DNA from: Octopus sinensis
Lineage: Eukaryota
DNA length: 64,000 nt
Direction of reading: 5' to 3'
Assembly (NCBI RefSeq): GCF_006345805.1
Contig: NC_043024.1
Coordinates: 11,780,001-11,844,000 of the forward strand
In this document: piece after piece, positions 12,021 through 23,983 of the stretch
Layout of the letters: each line of letters opens with the position of its first letter
Position numbering within the stretch: position 1 is the first letter of the stretch
The notes under the pieces: model-generated
What the model saw: the letters and a program-made list of their open reading frames with translations, nothing else
The model's database searches: none
What the model was told of the DNA's origin: nothing
Position numbers and translations under genes: made by a program

Positions 12021-12250
12021 TTGTGTGTCTGTGTTTGTCCCCCTAGCATTGCTTGACAACCGATGCTGGTGCGTTTCCGTCCCCGTCACTTAGCGGTTCG
12101 GCAAAAGAGACCGATAGAATAAGTACTGGGCTTACAAAAAGAATAAGTCCCGGGGTCGATTTGCTCGACTAAAAAAAAGGCGGTGCTCCAGCATGGCCGC
12201 AGTCAAAATGGACTGAAACAAGTAAAAGAGTAAAAGAGTAAAAAAGAGTA
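11745..12250 (+). mobile_element. SINE family B, full length with internal (TA)n/(TG)n
   Basis: Head ggcgcaggagtggctgtgtgg, internal microsatellite, 3' body ending in gaaacaagtaaaagagtaaaagag repeats. Confidence 0.9.
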
Positions 12251-12251
12251 A

Positions 12252-13776
12252 TCGGGTTAATGGGAGCATTCAATGTCATCACCACGCCCCCCTTCCCACG
12301 AAATGTGCGTCAAGTGAAGTCCAATGTTTAGACGATGCTGGTCTGTTTCATCGATGCGAAAGGAATTGTCCCCTCACAGAATTTGTTCCTCCGGTTCAAA
12401 CTGTTAAGCAGAAATTTTACTTGGCTGTTCTGAAGCCTTTGCGAGACACGGCGAGAGGAAAGCGCCCCAACCTGTGGCAAAGTGCAGAGTGGTGGGTTTT
12501 CTTACGACAATGCATCTGCGCAAACCGCCTTGAATATGAAACAGATTTTGACCAAAAAATCCGTTTGTGTGTCTTTGTTTGTCCCCTCTGTGTTTGGCCC
12601 CTTGTGGGCCGTAAAGAAATAGGTATTTCGTCTGCCGTTACGTTCTGAGTTCAAATTCCGCCGAGGTCGACTTTGCCTTTCATCCTTTCGGTGTCGATTA
12701 AATAAGTACCAGTTACGCACTGGGGTCGATGTAATCAACTTAATCCGTTTGTCTTTCTTGTTTGTCCCCTCTGTGTTTAGCCCCTTGTGGGTAGTAAAGA
12801 AATAGGTATTTCGTCTACCGCTACGTTCTGAGTTCAAATTCCGCCGAGGTCGACTTTGCCTTTCATCCTTTCAGGGTCGATAAATTAAGTAGCAGTTACG
12901 CACTGGGGTCGATATAATCGACTTAATCCGTTTGTCTGTCCTTGTTTGTCCCCTCTGTGTTTAGCCCCTTGTGGGTAGTAAAGAAATAGGTATTTCGTCT
13001 GCCGTTACGTTCTGAGTTCAAATTCCGCCCAGGTCAACTTTGCCTTTCATCCTTTCGGGGTCGATAAATTAAGTACCAGTTACATACTGAGGTCTATGTA
13101 ATCGACTTAATCCCTTTGTCTGTCCTTGTTTGTCCCCTCTGTGTTTAGCCCCTTGTGGGCCGTAAAGAAATAGGTATTTCATCTGCCGTTACGTTCTGAG
13201 TTCAAATTCCGCCGAGGTCGACTTTGCCTTTCATCCTTTCGGGGTCGATTGAATAAGTACCAGTTACGCACTGGGGTCGATGTAATCAACTTAATCCCTT
13301 TGTCTGTGCTTGTTTGTCCCCTCTGTGTTTAGCCCCTTGTGTGTAGTAAAGAAATAGGTATTTCGTCTGCCGCAACGTTTTGAGTTCAAATTCCGCCGAG
13401 GTCGACTTTGCCTTTTATCCTTTCGGGGTCGATAAATTAAGTACCAGTTACGCACTGGGGTCGATATGACCCCGCTTACCCATCCTCCCTATTCACCTGA
13501 TCTCACTCCGTGCAACTTTTTTTGGTTCCCACGCCCCCACGGATGAAAAGTCCTTAAAGGAAAACCTTTTGCAGATGAGAAAGAGGCGAAGACAAAACCG
13601 GTGCAGGCGTTAAAAGGCATCACTTTGCAAGAGTTCCAGGACTGCTTTGAATGATAGAAAATGCGTCTGGACCAATGCATTGCTTCAAAAGGAGAATACT
13701 TTGAAGGAGATGGAACTGTGGAACTAAGAGGACAAAATAAAATTGCAGAATTCTGGTTTCTTCTGGGTACCTCATA
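12252..13776 (+). mobile_element. Mariner transposon 3' half (pseudogene) interrupted by a SINE A multimer
   Basis: ...VKSNV*TMLVCFIDAKGI...QKFYLAVLKPLRD...RPNLW...YDNA, then after the insert HPPYSPDLTPCNFF...LKGKPF...CIASKGEYFEGD. A TIR-like end ctgggtacctca-TA follows. Confidence 0.8.
12543..13466 (+). mobile_element. SINE family A multimer (about 5 bodies, head missing)
   Basis: 184-bp tandem units as at 2043-3567. Confidence 0.9.
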
Positions 13777-13974
13777 GAAAAGACTAGATCTCCTATCATT
13801 TTGTTTCTGTCATTACACTACGGCCATGCTGGAGCACCGCCTTGACAAATTTCGAGTCGAATGTATCGACCCCAGTATTTCCTTTTTAAGCCTGATAATT
13901 ATTCTACCGGTTGTCAAGAGGCGGTAGGCGGGGGGGGGGCTTACACAAACACAAAGACATACGCACACACAGAC

Positions 13975-14230
13975 ATACACAAAACACACACACACACACG
14001 CACACACACACACACGCACGCACGAACGCACACGCACGCACGCACACGCACACACACACACACACACACGCACATACACACACACGCACGCACACACACA
14101 CACGCACGCACGCACACACGCTCACACACACACACACCCCCGCACGCGCGCACACACACAGAAAACACACATACACAGAAAACACACACACACACACGCT
14201 CGCACGCACACACGCACACACACACCACAA
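13975..14230. repeat. (CA)n/(CG)-interrupted microsatellite
   Basis: Direct reading. Confidence 0.95.
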
Positions 14231-14617
14231 ACATGTACGACAGGTTTCTTTCAGTTCCTTTCCATTTCCACCAAATCCCCTCCAGGGCTTTAATCGGCCC
14301 GAGACTACAGTAGAAGGCACTTGGCCCAAGGTGCCATGCAGTGGGATTGAACCGGGAATCATGTGGTTGGCGAAGTAGACTTCTTACCACACAGCCACGT
14401 GATGGCCATGCTTGTAAAATAACAAACATTGACGAGATAGATGGCGCTTAACGTCAACAGCTAAGACAATAAAATCCCAACAAATATAACACAAATCTAA
14501 CATATCATAAAAAAGCTATTTAAAATGTCCGCAGAAAGAGTAATATGTCTATATCTTACCGTGTCCTATTTTCAATATATTATTTGAACATAATTTTCGT
14601 TCGTGTTTTGGTTCCAG

Positions 14618-14777
14618 CTGATACCAAGTTTACAGACTACATGTGTTACATAGGTATACGCCATGTGTCTTAAGGTTTGGTATCGAGGTTTCTGTGAAGG
14701 TTGTTGAATGTCTGAAAATATGTTGTTGAAACCGTTGGTATTTCTTTGTTTGGTGCTCTCTTGCGAATCGAAACCAG
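14618..14777 (+). other. Candidate exon encoding a signal-peptide-like segment (ATG 14708; MSENMLLKPLVFLCLVLSCESKP, phase-1 donor)
   Basis: Acceptor ttttcgttcgtgttttggttccAG (14617), in-frame TGA directly before the ATG, hydrophobic core LVFLCLVL, consensus donor CAG|GTAAGT at 14778. Confidence 0.55.
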
Positions 14778-14827
14778 GTAAGTGGCAATTACTGCTTTCG
14801 CAAGTGTGAATTATATTGGGTCCTTAA

Positions 14828-15135
14828 CCCCTTACCCGGCAGAAACGAATATATGCGTTTTGACGGATATCATTTTTTTCCATCTCTGGCGAGTTAACTC
14901 GTCAAAAGATAGACTCGCCATAATCGACAGCAAACGAGTTCCTTCGTCTAAAAACGGGTTAACTCGTTTCTGCCCAATGCCTTAATTTAAAATCAATATT
15001 ATTGAATTAAAATTCATAATAAATAAGGTTTGAAATATACCTCGAAATCACCATTCAAAACATAGTAAAATAAAACAATTAAAAAATATGTCTGAAAAAA
15101 TACATTTATTTTCAAAATAATTTTTGGGTAAGGGG
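14828..15135. mobile_element. piggyBac-like MITE
   Basis: TTAA at 14824-27 and 15136-39; 10-bp TIR ccccttaccc/gggtaagggg. Confidence 0.75.
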
Positions 15136-15166
15136 TTAAAGTCTTGCCAGTTTGCGGTCATAAATA

Positions 15167-15732
15167 TTGGGTTGTCCGGAAAGTTCGTGCTGATTTATAG
15201 CAGCTTACCTTTCGACTTACTTTAGAACATGGTTGAATCCATAAAATAGGATTTGACTACATCTCCTTTTAGAACACAGTTTAAGCTATCTTTTCGCGGA
15301 AGAAGATTTATGTTCCTATAACCTGTGTTGATTCTGTAACCCTTTAAAATGGAATATAAAAAAGTTCATTTTCGGCACTTGATGCTTTGGGAACCAGACA
15401 AAAATTGCTGCAGCTCGGCTGGGATGTGTTACCCCACCCTCCAAATTCACCAGATATTGCTCCTTCGGATTTCCACTTATTCAGGTCTCTGCAGAATAGT
15501 CTTAATGGTAAAAATTTCAATTCCTTGGATGATGTAAAAAGATACCTTGATGAATTCTTTGCCATGAAACCACCTCAATTCAGGGAAGAGGGTATTTTCA
15601 AGTTAAAGGAAAGATGGAGACGCATTGTGCAACAAAATGGTTCATATTTGGTTGATTAAAAATGTAATGACAAGTATTTATCGACCTTTTTCTTTCCTTT
15701 AAAAATCGGCACGAACTTTCCGCACAAAACAA
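15167..15732 (+). mobile_element. Internally deleted mariner
   Basis: TIRs ttgggttgtccggaaagttcgtgctgattt / aaatcggcacgaactttccgcacaaaacaa. N-terminus MEYKKVHFRHLMLWE is joined to the C-terminus ...GWDVLPHPPNSPDIAPSDFHLFRSL...WRRIVQQNGSYLVD*. Confidence 0.92.
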
Positions 15733-15839
15733 AAGACGAAGGCAGGTGGAGCACAAACAAACAATACATACATATATACACATATATATAAATAAATATA
15801 TATATATGTAAAAAAATATATATATATGTGTATATATAT

Positions 15840-15871
<32 letters not shown>

Positions 15872-16071
15872 AATATCTAATATTAGGGCTTAGTAAAATA
15901 AATACTTTGCCACATACTGAACTTGTAGAAATAGCAGCAAAAAATAATTTTCTTAGCATTTCTACTACTTAAAGAAAATTTCTCTCAGATAATGTTGACT
16001 ACACAGTCACGAAGCTACAGGTCACTGAGGTTGGGGGGTAAATACAGAAAAAATCACAAGTACATAGATCG

Positions 16072-16134
16072 TTTGAGTACGTCAACGTTTCAAGATTAGC
16101 CAAATAAAATCAGCATTTCTTTCGTCAGCTCAAA
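16072..16134 (-). ncRNA. Canonical type I hammerhead ribozyme (left arm)
   Basis: Exact reverse complement of 16375-16437. Confidence 0.8.
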
Positions 16135-16374
16135 ATTTCTTAATTTGGATTTGGAAACACTAAAAAGAAGGAACTTTACCTATCAACGAACTTGTCGCTT
16201 CAGATGAACCACTCCAAACTAACAGTGTCAACAAATTCAAAATGCGCAGGCGTAAAATTCTGTACTCCCCATTCCACCCACGTGGTCTATCTAGCAAACA
16301 TCATATTTTAACCGTAAGTTCGTTGATAGGTAAAGTTCTTTCTTTTTAGTATTTCCAAATCCAAATTAAGAAAT

Positions 16375-16437
16375 TTTGAGCTGACGAAAGAAATGCTGAT
16401 TTTATTTGGCTAATCTTGAAACGTTGACGTACTCAAA
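16375..16437 (+). ncRNA. Canonical type I hammerhead ribozyme (right arm)
   Basis: tttgag-CTGACGA-aaga...tctt-GAA-ACG-ttga-CGT-A-ctcaaa: 6-bp stem I, stem II of 4+5 bp, 3-bp stem III, GUA site. Confidence 0.82.
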
Positions 16438-16726
16438 CGATCTATGTACTTGTGATATTTTATCTGTATTTACCCCAAACCTTCGTGAGCTGTTGGAGTA
16501 AACAATATCTGAGAGAATTTTCTTTAAGTAGTAGAAATGCTAAGAAAATTTTTTTTGGCTGCTATTTCTACTAAGTTCAGTATGTGGCAAAGTAATTTAT
16601 TTTACTAAGCCCTAATTATATAAAGTAATATTGAATTGCCTTAAATGGTCCTTTTACATACTGAACACGTGGTGAAATTGATTAATTAATTAATTTTACC
16701 CTCAATTGTTTTATATATATATTGTA

Positions 16727-16768
<42 letters not shown>

Positions 16769-16772
16769 GATA

Positions 16773-16811
<39 letters not shown>

Positions 16812-16937
16812 TATATATATTATCTATATGTGTATTGGGTTGTATGTTGATTGGTGGTTAACCACAGTAAATAAGGTATCAATACATAGATGAAACAGTT
16901 CTAGTCCTGTAGAAGCCTCTCTTCTATAATAAAAATA

Positions 16938-16976
<39 letters not shown>

Positions 16977-16984
16977 TATATTAT

Positions 16985-18467
16985 ATCATATTATATTAAA
17001 TTAGAGATAAAACCACTATTAGGCAAATCAAACAGTGAAAAAGATAAGCCAATACATAAAATAATTAAAAATATAAAAGTTAAAATTAAAAAAAATCATT
17101 TAAATAATTTAAACTTATAAATTTTAAATATATATATACAAATATATATATATGTATATATGTATATATATTTTTATATTCATATATTAATTAATTAATT
17201 AATTAATTAATTAATTATTTTATTTTTTATTTAGTTTTTTTTAATTATTATTATATAAATATCAAAAGTATTAAAAGTTTAATAAAAGATAAAGAGTAAA
17301 ACAGTACGATCGTTTCATGGCTGTACCAATTCGAATAACAATAATTTAAATTCAATTAATAATTCGAATTATGGTTACAGTCAATCTTCAGGTTAATTGA
17401 AATATTTAAAAAATAATCAGAAATATTTAAACAATATTTTAAAGATATAAATGATATAATAATTTTACTTATAATAAACTCTAGTATCAAACTAGAAACT
17501 TAAAACTTAACGATTATGATTATATCAAAATCGATTATTATGTTAAATATTAATTTTAATTTTTAAGGTAAGAAACCCACCAATAATCTAATATCGGTAA
17601 TAGTCTATATCTAATTACATAAATATTGAAAAAAAAAGACTATTATATATAAATTATCAATGAAAATATATAAAAATGTATATAAATATTATAATTAATA
17701 TCTAAAATAATCTCTATAAATAAATATATATGCACATATTATAAAGACCCAATAAATTAAATTTTCATATTTAAAGATGAAATAGCTATATTCAAAAATA
17801 CAAACAAACAAACTTAAACAAATTTTCGGAAATCTTATATTTAATATACTTATAGAAATAATCAATTCGTAGTTATATAGTATCGAATAAATACTATAAA
17901 TACTATAAATATATTTATCAATGGAAATAAAACCAGCAAATATCAATTTAAAAAGACAATAACTAAGTTATGCTATTAAGTTAGACATGGCCTGGACCAA
18001 TCTTTAGTCGAAACATATTTAAGTTTATCTACGTAAGTTTATCTAATTTTAATTATAAAAAATTTAAATTTACAATTAATGCTATTAATACATATATATA
18101 CATAAACCTAACTTTAGACAACTCGTATACTTGCTATCAAACAACTTATCTATCGCTAAGTAATATATTACGAATAAACTTAAATTTAATATCTAATAAT
18201 TATATAGAAAATTACGATAATTAGATCATTACATAAACAACGATATTTACATAAGAAAAATATTATTGCACCAAAGACTTATAAAATATTAAAATTAACA
18301 ATTTAAAGATCTTAAATATAAATATAAATAAATACTTATCTTAGCGAGGTTTTGTGATGAACGATCGTAGTGTTTTACTCTTTATCTTTTATTAAACTTT
18401 AATACTTTTGATATTTATATATAATAATAAAAAAAAAAAATTATTATAAATATAAAAATATATATAC

Positions 18468-18500
<33 letters not shown>

Positions 18501-18830
18501 GATATATATATATATACTGGCAACTGTTGCAATTAACCCTTAATTATAATTATTATAACCCTTACCAAATATGGTCTTTTCCATAACCGATAAATCTACT
18601 AGGTGAAATTATTAACTTTATTAAATTAATTATATTCCACCCTTTTTTGCATATATATATTGTATATATATATATTTATAATTTATAAGTTTAAATTATT
18701 AAAATAATTTTTAAAATTTTAACTTTTATATTTTAAAATTATTTTATGTATTGGCTTATCTTTTTCACTGTTTGATTTGCCTAATAGTGGTTTATCTCTA
18801 ATTTAATATAATATAATATAATATTATTAT
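16985..18830. mobile_element. Very AT-rich Penelope-like remnant flanked by inverted copies of its terminal blocks
   Basis: 16985-17150 is inverted at 18650-18830 and 17230-17320 at 18350-18440. An HHR remnant GAAAC-gatc-GTA lies on the minus strand near 17300. Confidence 0.5.
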
Positions 18831-19129
18831 ACTGTAAAATTGGATTTAATCCTAAATCTAATTTTTCCCTGTAAGTTGGATTTATTCCCTAATATTATTA
18901 TATATATATATATATATATACTTATATATAATATATATATATATGCTTTATATATTATATTATATATTATATATATATATATATACATTCATACATATAT
19001 ATATGCTTATATATTATAATATTTATATATATATATGCATATTATATATATATATATATATATAGGCATATATATATATATATATATTATATATATAGAT
19101 ATATATATATATATATAATATAGTTAATC

Positions 19130-19330
19130 CAAACAAGAAAAAACACAGAACAAAAAGAGAAAAAAAAAACACAGCAACGCGAGGAGGTGGAACAATTAAA
19201 GTATTATTTGACGATCAGGAAAGAAGGGAAGGAGGGTTTAACGTTTCGAGCGGAGCTCTTCGTCGGAAACAAAGGAGAAGGAAAGATCCCAAGAAGGGAA
19301 GACAGAGGAAAAAAAAAATTTTGATGGTGA
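19130..19330 (-). mobile_element. Dispersed repeat carrying a minimal HHR-like motif (CCGACGA family; motif 19236-19270)
   Basis: gttt-CCGACGA-a-GAGC-tcc-GCTC-GAAAC-GTT-aaac. The same repeat occurs at 22505-22720, 24865-25060, 43395-43480 and 50275-50475. Confidence 0.7.
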
Positions 19331-19520
19331 TGCATATATATATATACATACATATACTTATATATTTATATATATACAGGAATCACAAACAGTAAACAAC
19401 ATGAAATGCGAATACAAATGGGTTGAATACGCAAACGAGAGAAACGAACGGAAAGCAAGACGTGTAACCTAAAAAACGACCCTTCATCAGTTGTCGGCTG
19501 CCAGTCTACTCCTCATTTCG

Positions 19521-19952
19521 ATGTGTGTGTGTGTGTGTCTGTGTGTGTGCGTGTGTGTGTGTGAGTGTGTGTGTGTGTGTGTGTGAGTGTGTGTGTGCGT
19601 GTGAGTGTGTGTGTCTGTGCGTGTGCGTGTGTGAGTGTGTGTGTGTGTGAGTGTGTGCGCGCGTGTGTGTGTGCCTCTGCGTGTGTGTGTGTGTGTGAGT
19701 GTGTGTGTGTGAGTGTGTGTGTGTGAGTGTTTGTGTGTCTGTGTCTGTGCTGTGTGTGTGTGTTGTGTGTGTGAGTGTGTCTGTGCGTGTGTGTGTGTGA
19801 GCGTGTGTGTGAGTGTGTGAGTGTGTGTGTGTGCGTGTGTGTGTGTGCGTGTGTGTGTGCGTGTGTGTGTGTGTGCGTGTGTGTGTGTGTGTGTGTGTCT
19901 GTGCGTGTGTGTGTGTGTGAGTGTGTGTGTGTGTGTGTGTCTGTGCGTGTGT
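19521..19952. repeat. (TG)n microsatellite
   Basis: Direct reading. Confidence 0.95.
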
Positions 19953-20199
19953 ATCGACAAACGGCCCAGCGGAGAACTCAGTCTGTTTCGGCGATAATAG
20001 CCTAACCGATATTGCTAAATGCGCTGCACAAGAAAGAATTGTCCGTTGCACCGTTTACGTTTAAACTGACAAACGCATTCTGTCGAACACGCGAACTGTT
20101 CACTTATTTGTGTTATGGTCTTCCCAGTTTCATACTATGATTCTAACTCTGATTGACCATGCCTATAATCAATGTGCTTCAGCCGTTACCCTTTCATCA

Positions 20200-20957
20200 T
20201 CTCTCTATATATAAAGCTGAAGTTGTCTGTGTATGGCAGGTTTGGTAGCCTTCAACTAACACTATCTCCTCCGAGACCCTGCAGCACAAATTGACCAAAA
20301 TTGAGAGTATGATAGAAGAAGGCTTGCTCTTCATTCCATAAAAGAAAAAATTCAAATCGGACCATGTTAACACCAAAAATTATTTACATCAAAATGGTGC
20401 TTTATTTCTTTGACTGCTGTGTCGCCATTATTCGATGTATCTCAACCAGAAAAATGTTCACTTAAAGAGAATAACAAGCTACATAATGCAACATTTTTAC
20501 TTTTTAAAAATTCCAATTCGAAAGGGTCGAAACAAACCCGAGCAATGCCGGGCGATACTGCTAGTCTATATATATATAAAGCTGAAGTTGTCTGTGTGTG
20601 ACAGGTTTGGTAGCCTTCAACTAACACAATCTCCTCCGAGACCCTGCGGCGCAAGTTGACCAAAATTGAGAGTATGATAGAAGAAGGCTTGCTCTTCATT
20701 CCGTAGAAGAAAAAATTCAAATCGGACCATGTTAACACCAAAAGTTATTTATATGAAAAAGGTGCTTTTTTTCTATGAAAATCCCTATTTTTTACGATTT
20801 TTTTGACTGCTGTGTCGCCATTTTTCGGTGTATTTCAACCAGAAAAATGTTCACTTAAAAAGAATAACAAGCTACATAATGCAAAATTTTTGCTTTTCAA
20901 AAATTCCAATTCTAAAGGGTCGAAACGAACCCGAGCAACGCCGGGCGATACTGCTAG
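20200..20957 (+). mobile_element. Tandem dimer of a non-autonomous Helitron (20200-20564, 20565-20957)
   Basis: A|TC start, CTAG|TC junction, terminal CTAG|T, and a 3' hairpin 8 nt before each CTAG. Confidence 0.9.
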
Positions 20958-21331
20958 TTTATTATATAAATAACTACATTTTCCATCGTATTCTTCGTTA
21001 TTTAACCTTTTTGATAACAACCCGCTGAAGAGAAACCCTAGTTCTGAGATGCAGATTTTCTGTCTTGAAGTGATCATATCTAAATCCTTCCACCAAAATT
21101 CCATGTTAATTCGTGTTCCAAGCACCAGCTTAAAAATGACGAAGTTATTTTATTAATTTCATCATTTTCAAAATGGATAGGAATATAGGCAGTATATTTC
21201 AATAGAAATATGGTGAAAGAGAGTTAATATGGCCGGTTGTATTTGAAAGTGATTTGGCTGTTATTTCTAGTAGGTCATCCCAGGTTAGTGGTCCCAGAGA
21301 CGTCATGCGTAGATACAATCAGATCCACCAG

Positions 21332-21431
21332 NNNNNNNNNNNNNNNNNNNNNNNNNNNNNNNNNNNNNNNNNNNNNNNNNNNNNNNNNNNNNNNNNNNNN
21401 NNNNNNNNNNNNNNNNNNNNNNNNNNNNNNN
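21332..21431. other. Assembly gap (100 N)
   Basis: Run of N, followed by a (GA)n/(GATA)n tract to ~21640. Confidence 1.
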
Positions 21432-21598
21432 TAGAAGATAGATAGGGAGAGAGATATATATATAAGAGAGAGATAGTGTGAGTAGAGATAGAGAGAGAGA
21501 AAGAGATAGATAGAGAGAGAGCGAGAGGTAGATAGATAGATAGAGAGAGAGAGAGAGAAAGATAGAGAAAGATAAATAGATAGATAGATAGATAGATT

Positions 21599-21640
<42 letters not shown>

Positions 21641-22104
21641 AGAATGTAATATGACGGATTAATCTAATACAGATATACTCTTTACTCTTTACTCATTACT
21701 CTTTTACTTGTTCCAGTCATTTGACTGTGGCCATGCTGGAACACCGCTTTTAGTCGAGCACATCGACCCCAGGACGTATTCTTTGTAAGCCTAGTACTTA
21801 ATCTATCGGTCTCTTTTTGCCGAACCGCTAAGTTACGGGGACGTAAGCACACCAGCATCGGTTGTCAAGCGATGTTGGGGGACAAACACAGACACACAAA
21901 CACACCAACACATATGTATGTATGTATGTGGTTGTGTGTCTGTGTTTGTCCCCCAACATCGCTTGACAACCGATGCTGGTGTGCTTATGTCCCTGCAACT
22001 TAGTGGTCGGCAAAAAGTGACCGATGAATAAGTACATACATACATACATACTACATACATACATACATACATATATATAATATATATATATATATATAAT
22101 TATA

Positions 22105-22479
22105 CAGTATCGCCCGGCGTTGCTCAGGTTTGTAAGGGAAATAACTATAAAGCATTTTTAGAGAGTTATAGCCAAAAAATAGCAAAAAAATGGAAAAAAA
22201 ATTATGGTAAATTTTTTGAGAGTTAAAAAAGGTGGAGTTGCGGTCCCTAGACGGTCTGTGTTTGGGTTTCTGACTCTCGACCCCATGTCGAATTTATCGA
22301 TTTTTTTTCAGAACTGAAGGAACTTTTCAAAATTTTTCGCTGCGTTAGTTTTGAATTATGACATTGGGCTATGTGTGTGTGTCAAGTTTCATCAGAATCG
22401 GTTGAAAGCCCGTGGTCAGGGTGAGGTACGAGAAAACAGACACACAGAAAACGCACAGACAAACTGCCGTTTATATAGA
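22105..22479 (-). mobile_element. Non-autonomous Helitron, different internal sequence
   Basis: Shared 3' hairpin region (CTAG lost) and A|TC 5' end at 22479. Confidence 0.75.
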
Positions 22480-22576
22480 TATTATATATATATATATATA
22501 TAAAATGTGACCTCGTGTGTACCGTTGGCGATTTTTTTCCTCTGTCTTCCCTTCTCTGGATCTTTCATTCTCCTAT

Positions 22577-22611
22577 GTTTCCGACGAAGAGCTCCGCTCG
22601 AAACGTTAAAC
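22577..22611 (+). ncRNA. Minimal HHR-like motif (CCGACGA family)
   Basis: gttt-CCGACGA-a-GAGC-tcc-GCTC-GAAAC-GTT-aaac. Confidence 0.5.
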
Positions 22612-22959
22612 CCTCCTTCTTTCCTGAGCGTCCAATAGTACTATATTTGTTCCACGTCCTCGCGTTGTTGTGTTTTTTGTGCTTTTTTGTTTGGATTAAC
22701 TTTATATGTATATACATACATAAATATATATATATACATAAGACGGGCTTCTTTCAGTTTCCGTCTACCAAATCCACGCACAGGGCTTTGGTCTGCCCGA
22801 GGTTATAGTATAAGACACTTGCCCAAAGTACCACGCAGTGGGACTGAACCCGGAATCATGTGGTTGGTAAGCAAGCTACTTACCACACCCACTCCTACGC
22901 CTAAAATATATTTTAGATATATACTAAAATATACTTCGTTTTTGGATTTGGTTTGCAAG

Positions 22960-23670
22960 ATTCTTTATATGAGTGCGTGTGTTGAAGCATATTTTGTTGT
23001 GTCTGGGGAGAGTCGTTTTCTTTGTGTGCTTTATAGTCAAGACTATTGAAAAGGTTGTAAGACGCAACGAAAGATTTCAGGAAAATAAAAATATGAAATA
23101 AGTGGAAATTTTACCGGTGAGTGTGTTACATAATAAGGCACAAAAAGAGAATGACTCTCCCCAGACACATCAAAATAATCTATGATCTGTTTATTACTTT
23201 CTTCAAGCCTATTAAAAGGTTTCGCTTTCTCTCAGATCCTTCATTTAGGATGAAACACTAACACAAGAAATGAAAAGATATTCAGTCATTGTTGCCATGT
23301 GTGTAGAACACTGCGGTTTATAAGAAACCACCTTTGTAATTTTGCAAGACCATTTTTATGCTAAGTTCGGATGGAACTGCAAGTCTCTGACGAGAATGTT
23401 TTGCTTCTATGAAGTGGAACAACATTTTAACTCTGTTGTGTCTGGGGAGAGTCATTCTCTTTTTGTTCCTTATAATTTAACACACTCACCGATAAAATTT
23501 CCACTTATTTCTTATTTTTATTTTCCTAATATTTTCGTTGCGTCTTGCAACCTTTTCAATAGTCTTGACTCTTATTTAGAAAATAAAAATAAGAAATAAG
23601 TGGAAATTTTACCGGTGAGTGTGTTAAATTATAAGGCACAAAAAGAAAATGACTCTCCCCAGACCCAAGA
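22960..23670. repeat. Nested direct and inverted copies of a ~140-bp module
   Basis: tgtgtctggggagagtc.../...gactctccccagacac occurs four times in alternating orientation. Confidence 0.8.
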
Positions 23671-23919
23671 GTATATACAAAAATATAATCAAACTGGAAT
23701 AGTTAACAGGAAAATATGACAAAGATAAATTCATTTTTATAAGAAATGTGTTGAAAACGAATTTGGATTTGCGTGCATCAGTGTATCGAGCAGACAATTG
23801 GATGTTGGCATACATCGCTGGTCACAATGTGCTTCCCTGAATTATTGTAGCTTTTAGACGATGCCACTTGACTGGCTAGAAGAAAAAATAAATTAACATT
23901 TATTTCTTCTGTACTATTA

Positions 23920-23983
23920 TTTGCATGGACTTGTAGCGAGTGTATATATATATATATATACACTCGCTACAAGTCCATGCAAA
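23920..23983. repeat. Perfect 64-bp palindrome centred on (TA)n
   Basis: tttgcatggacttgtagcgagtg-(TA)9-cactcgctacaagtccatgcaaa. Confidence 0.95.

Larger units (their letters stand above)
15882..16616. repeat. Long inverted repeat (~310-bp arms, ~120-bp spacer), Penelope-like terminal structure
   Basis: 15882-16193 is the reverse complement of 16316-16616 with scattered mismatches. Confidence 0.92.

Noticed and set aside
21237-21331. Hydrophobic ORF (LYLKVIWLLFLVGHP...) next to the gap
   Set aside because: No in-frame ATG after the upstream stop, no convincing acceptor, and truncated by Ns.
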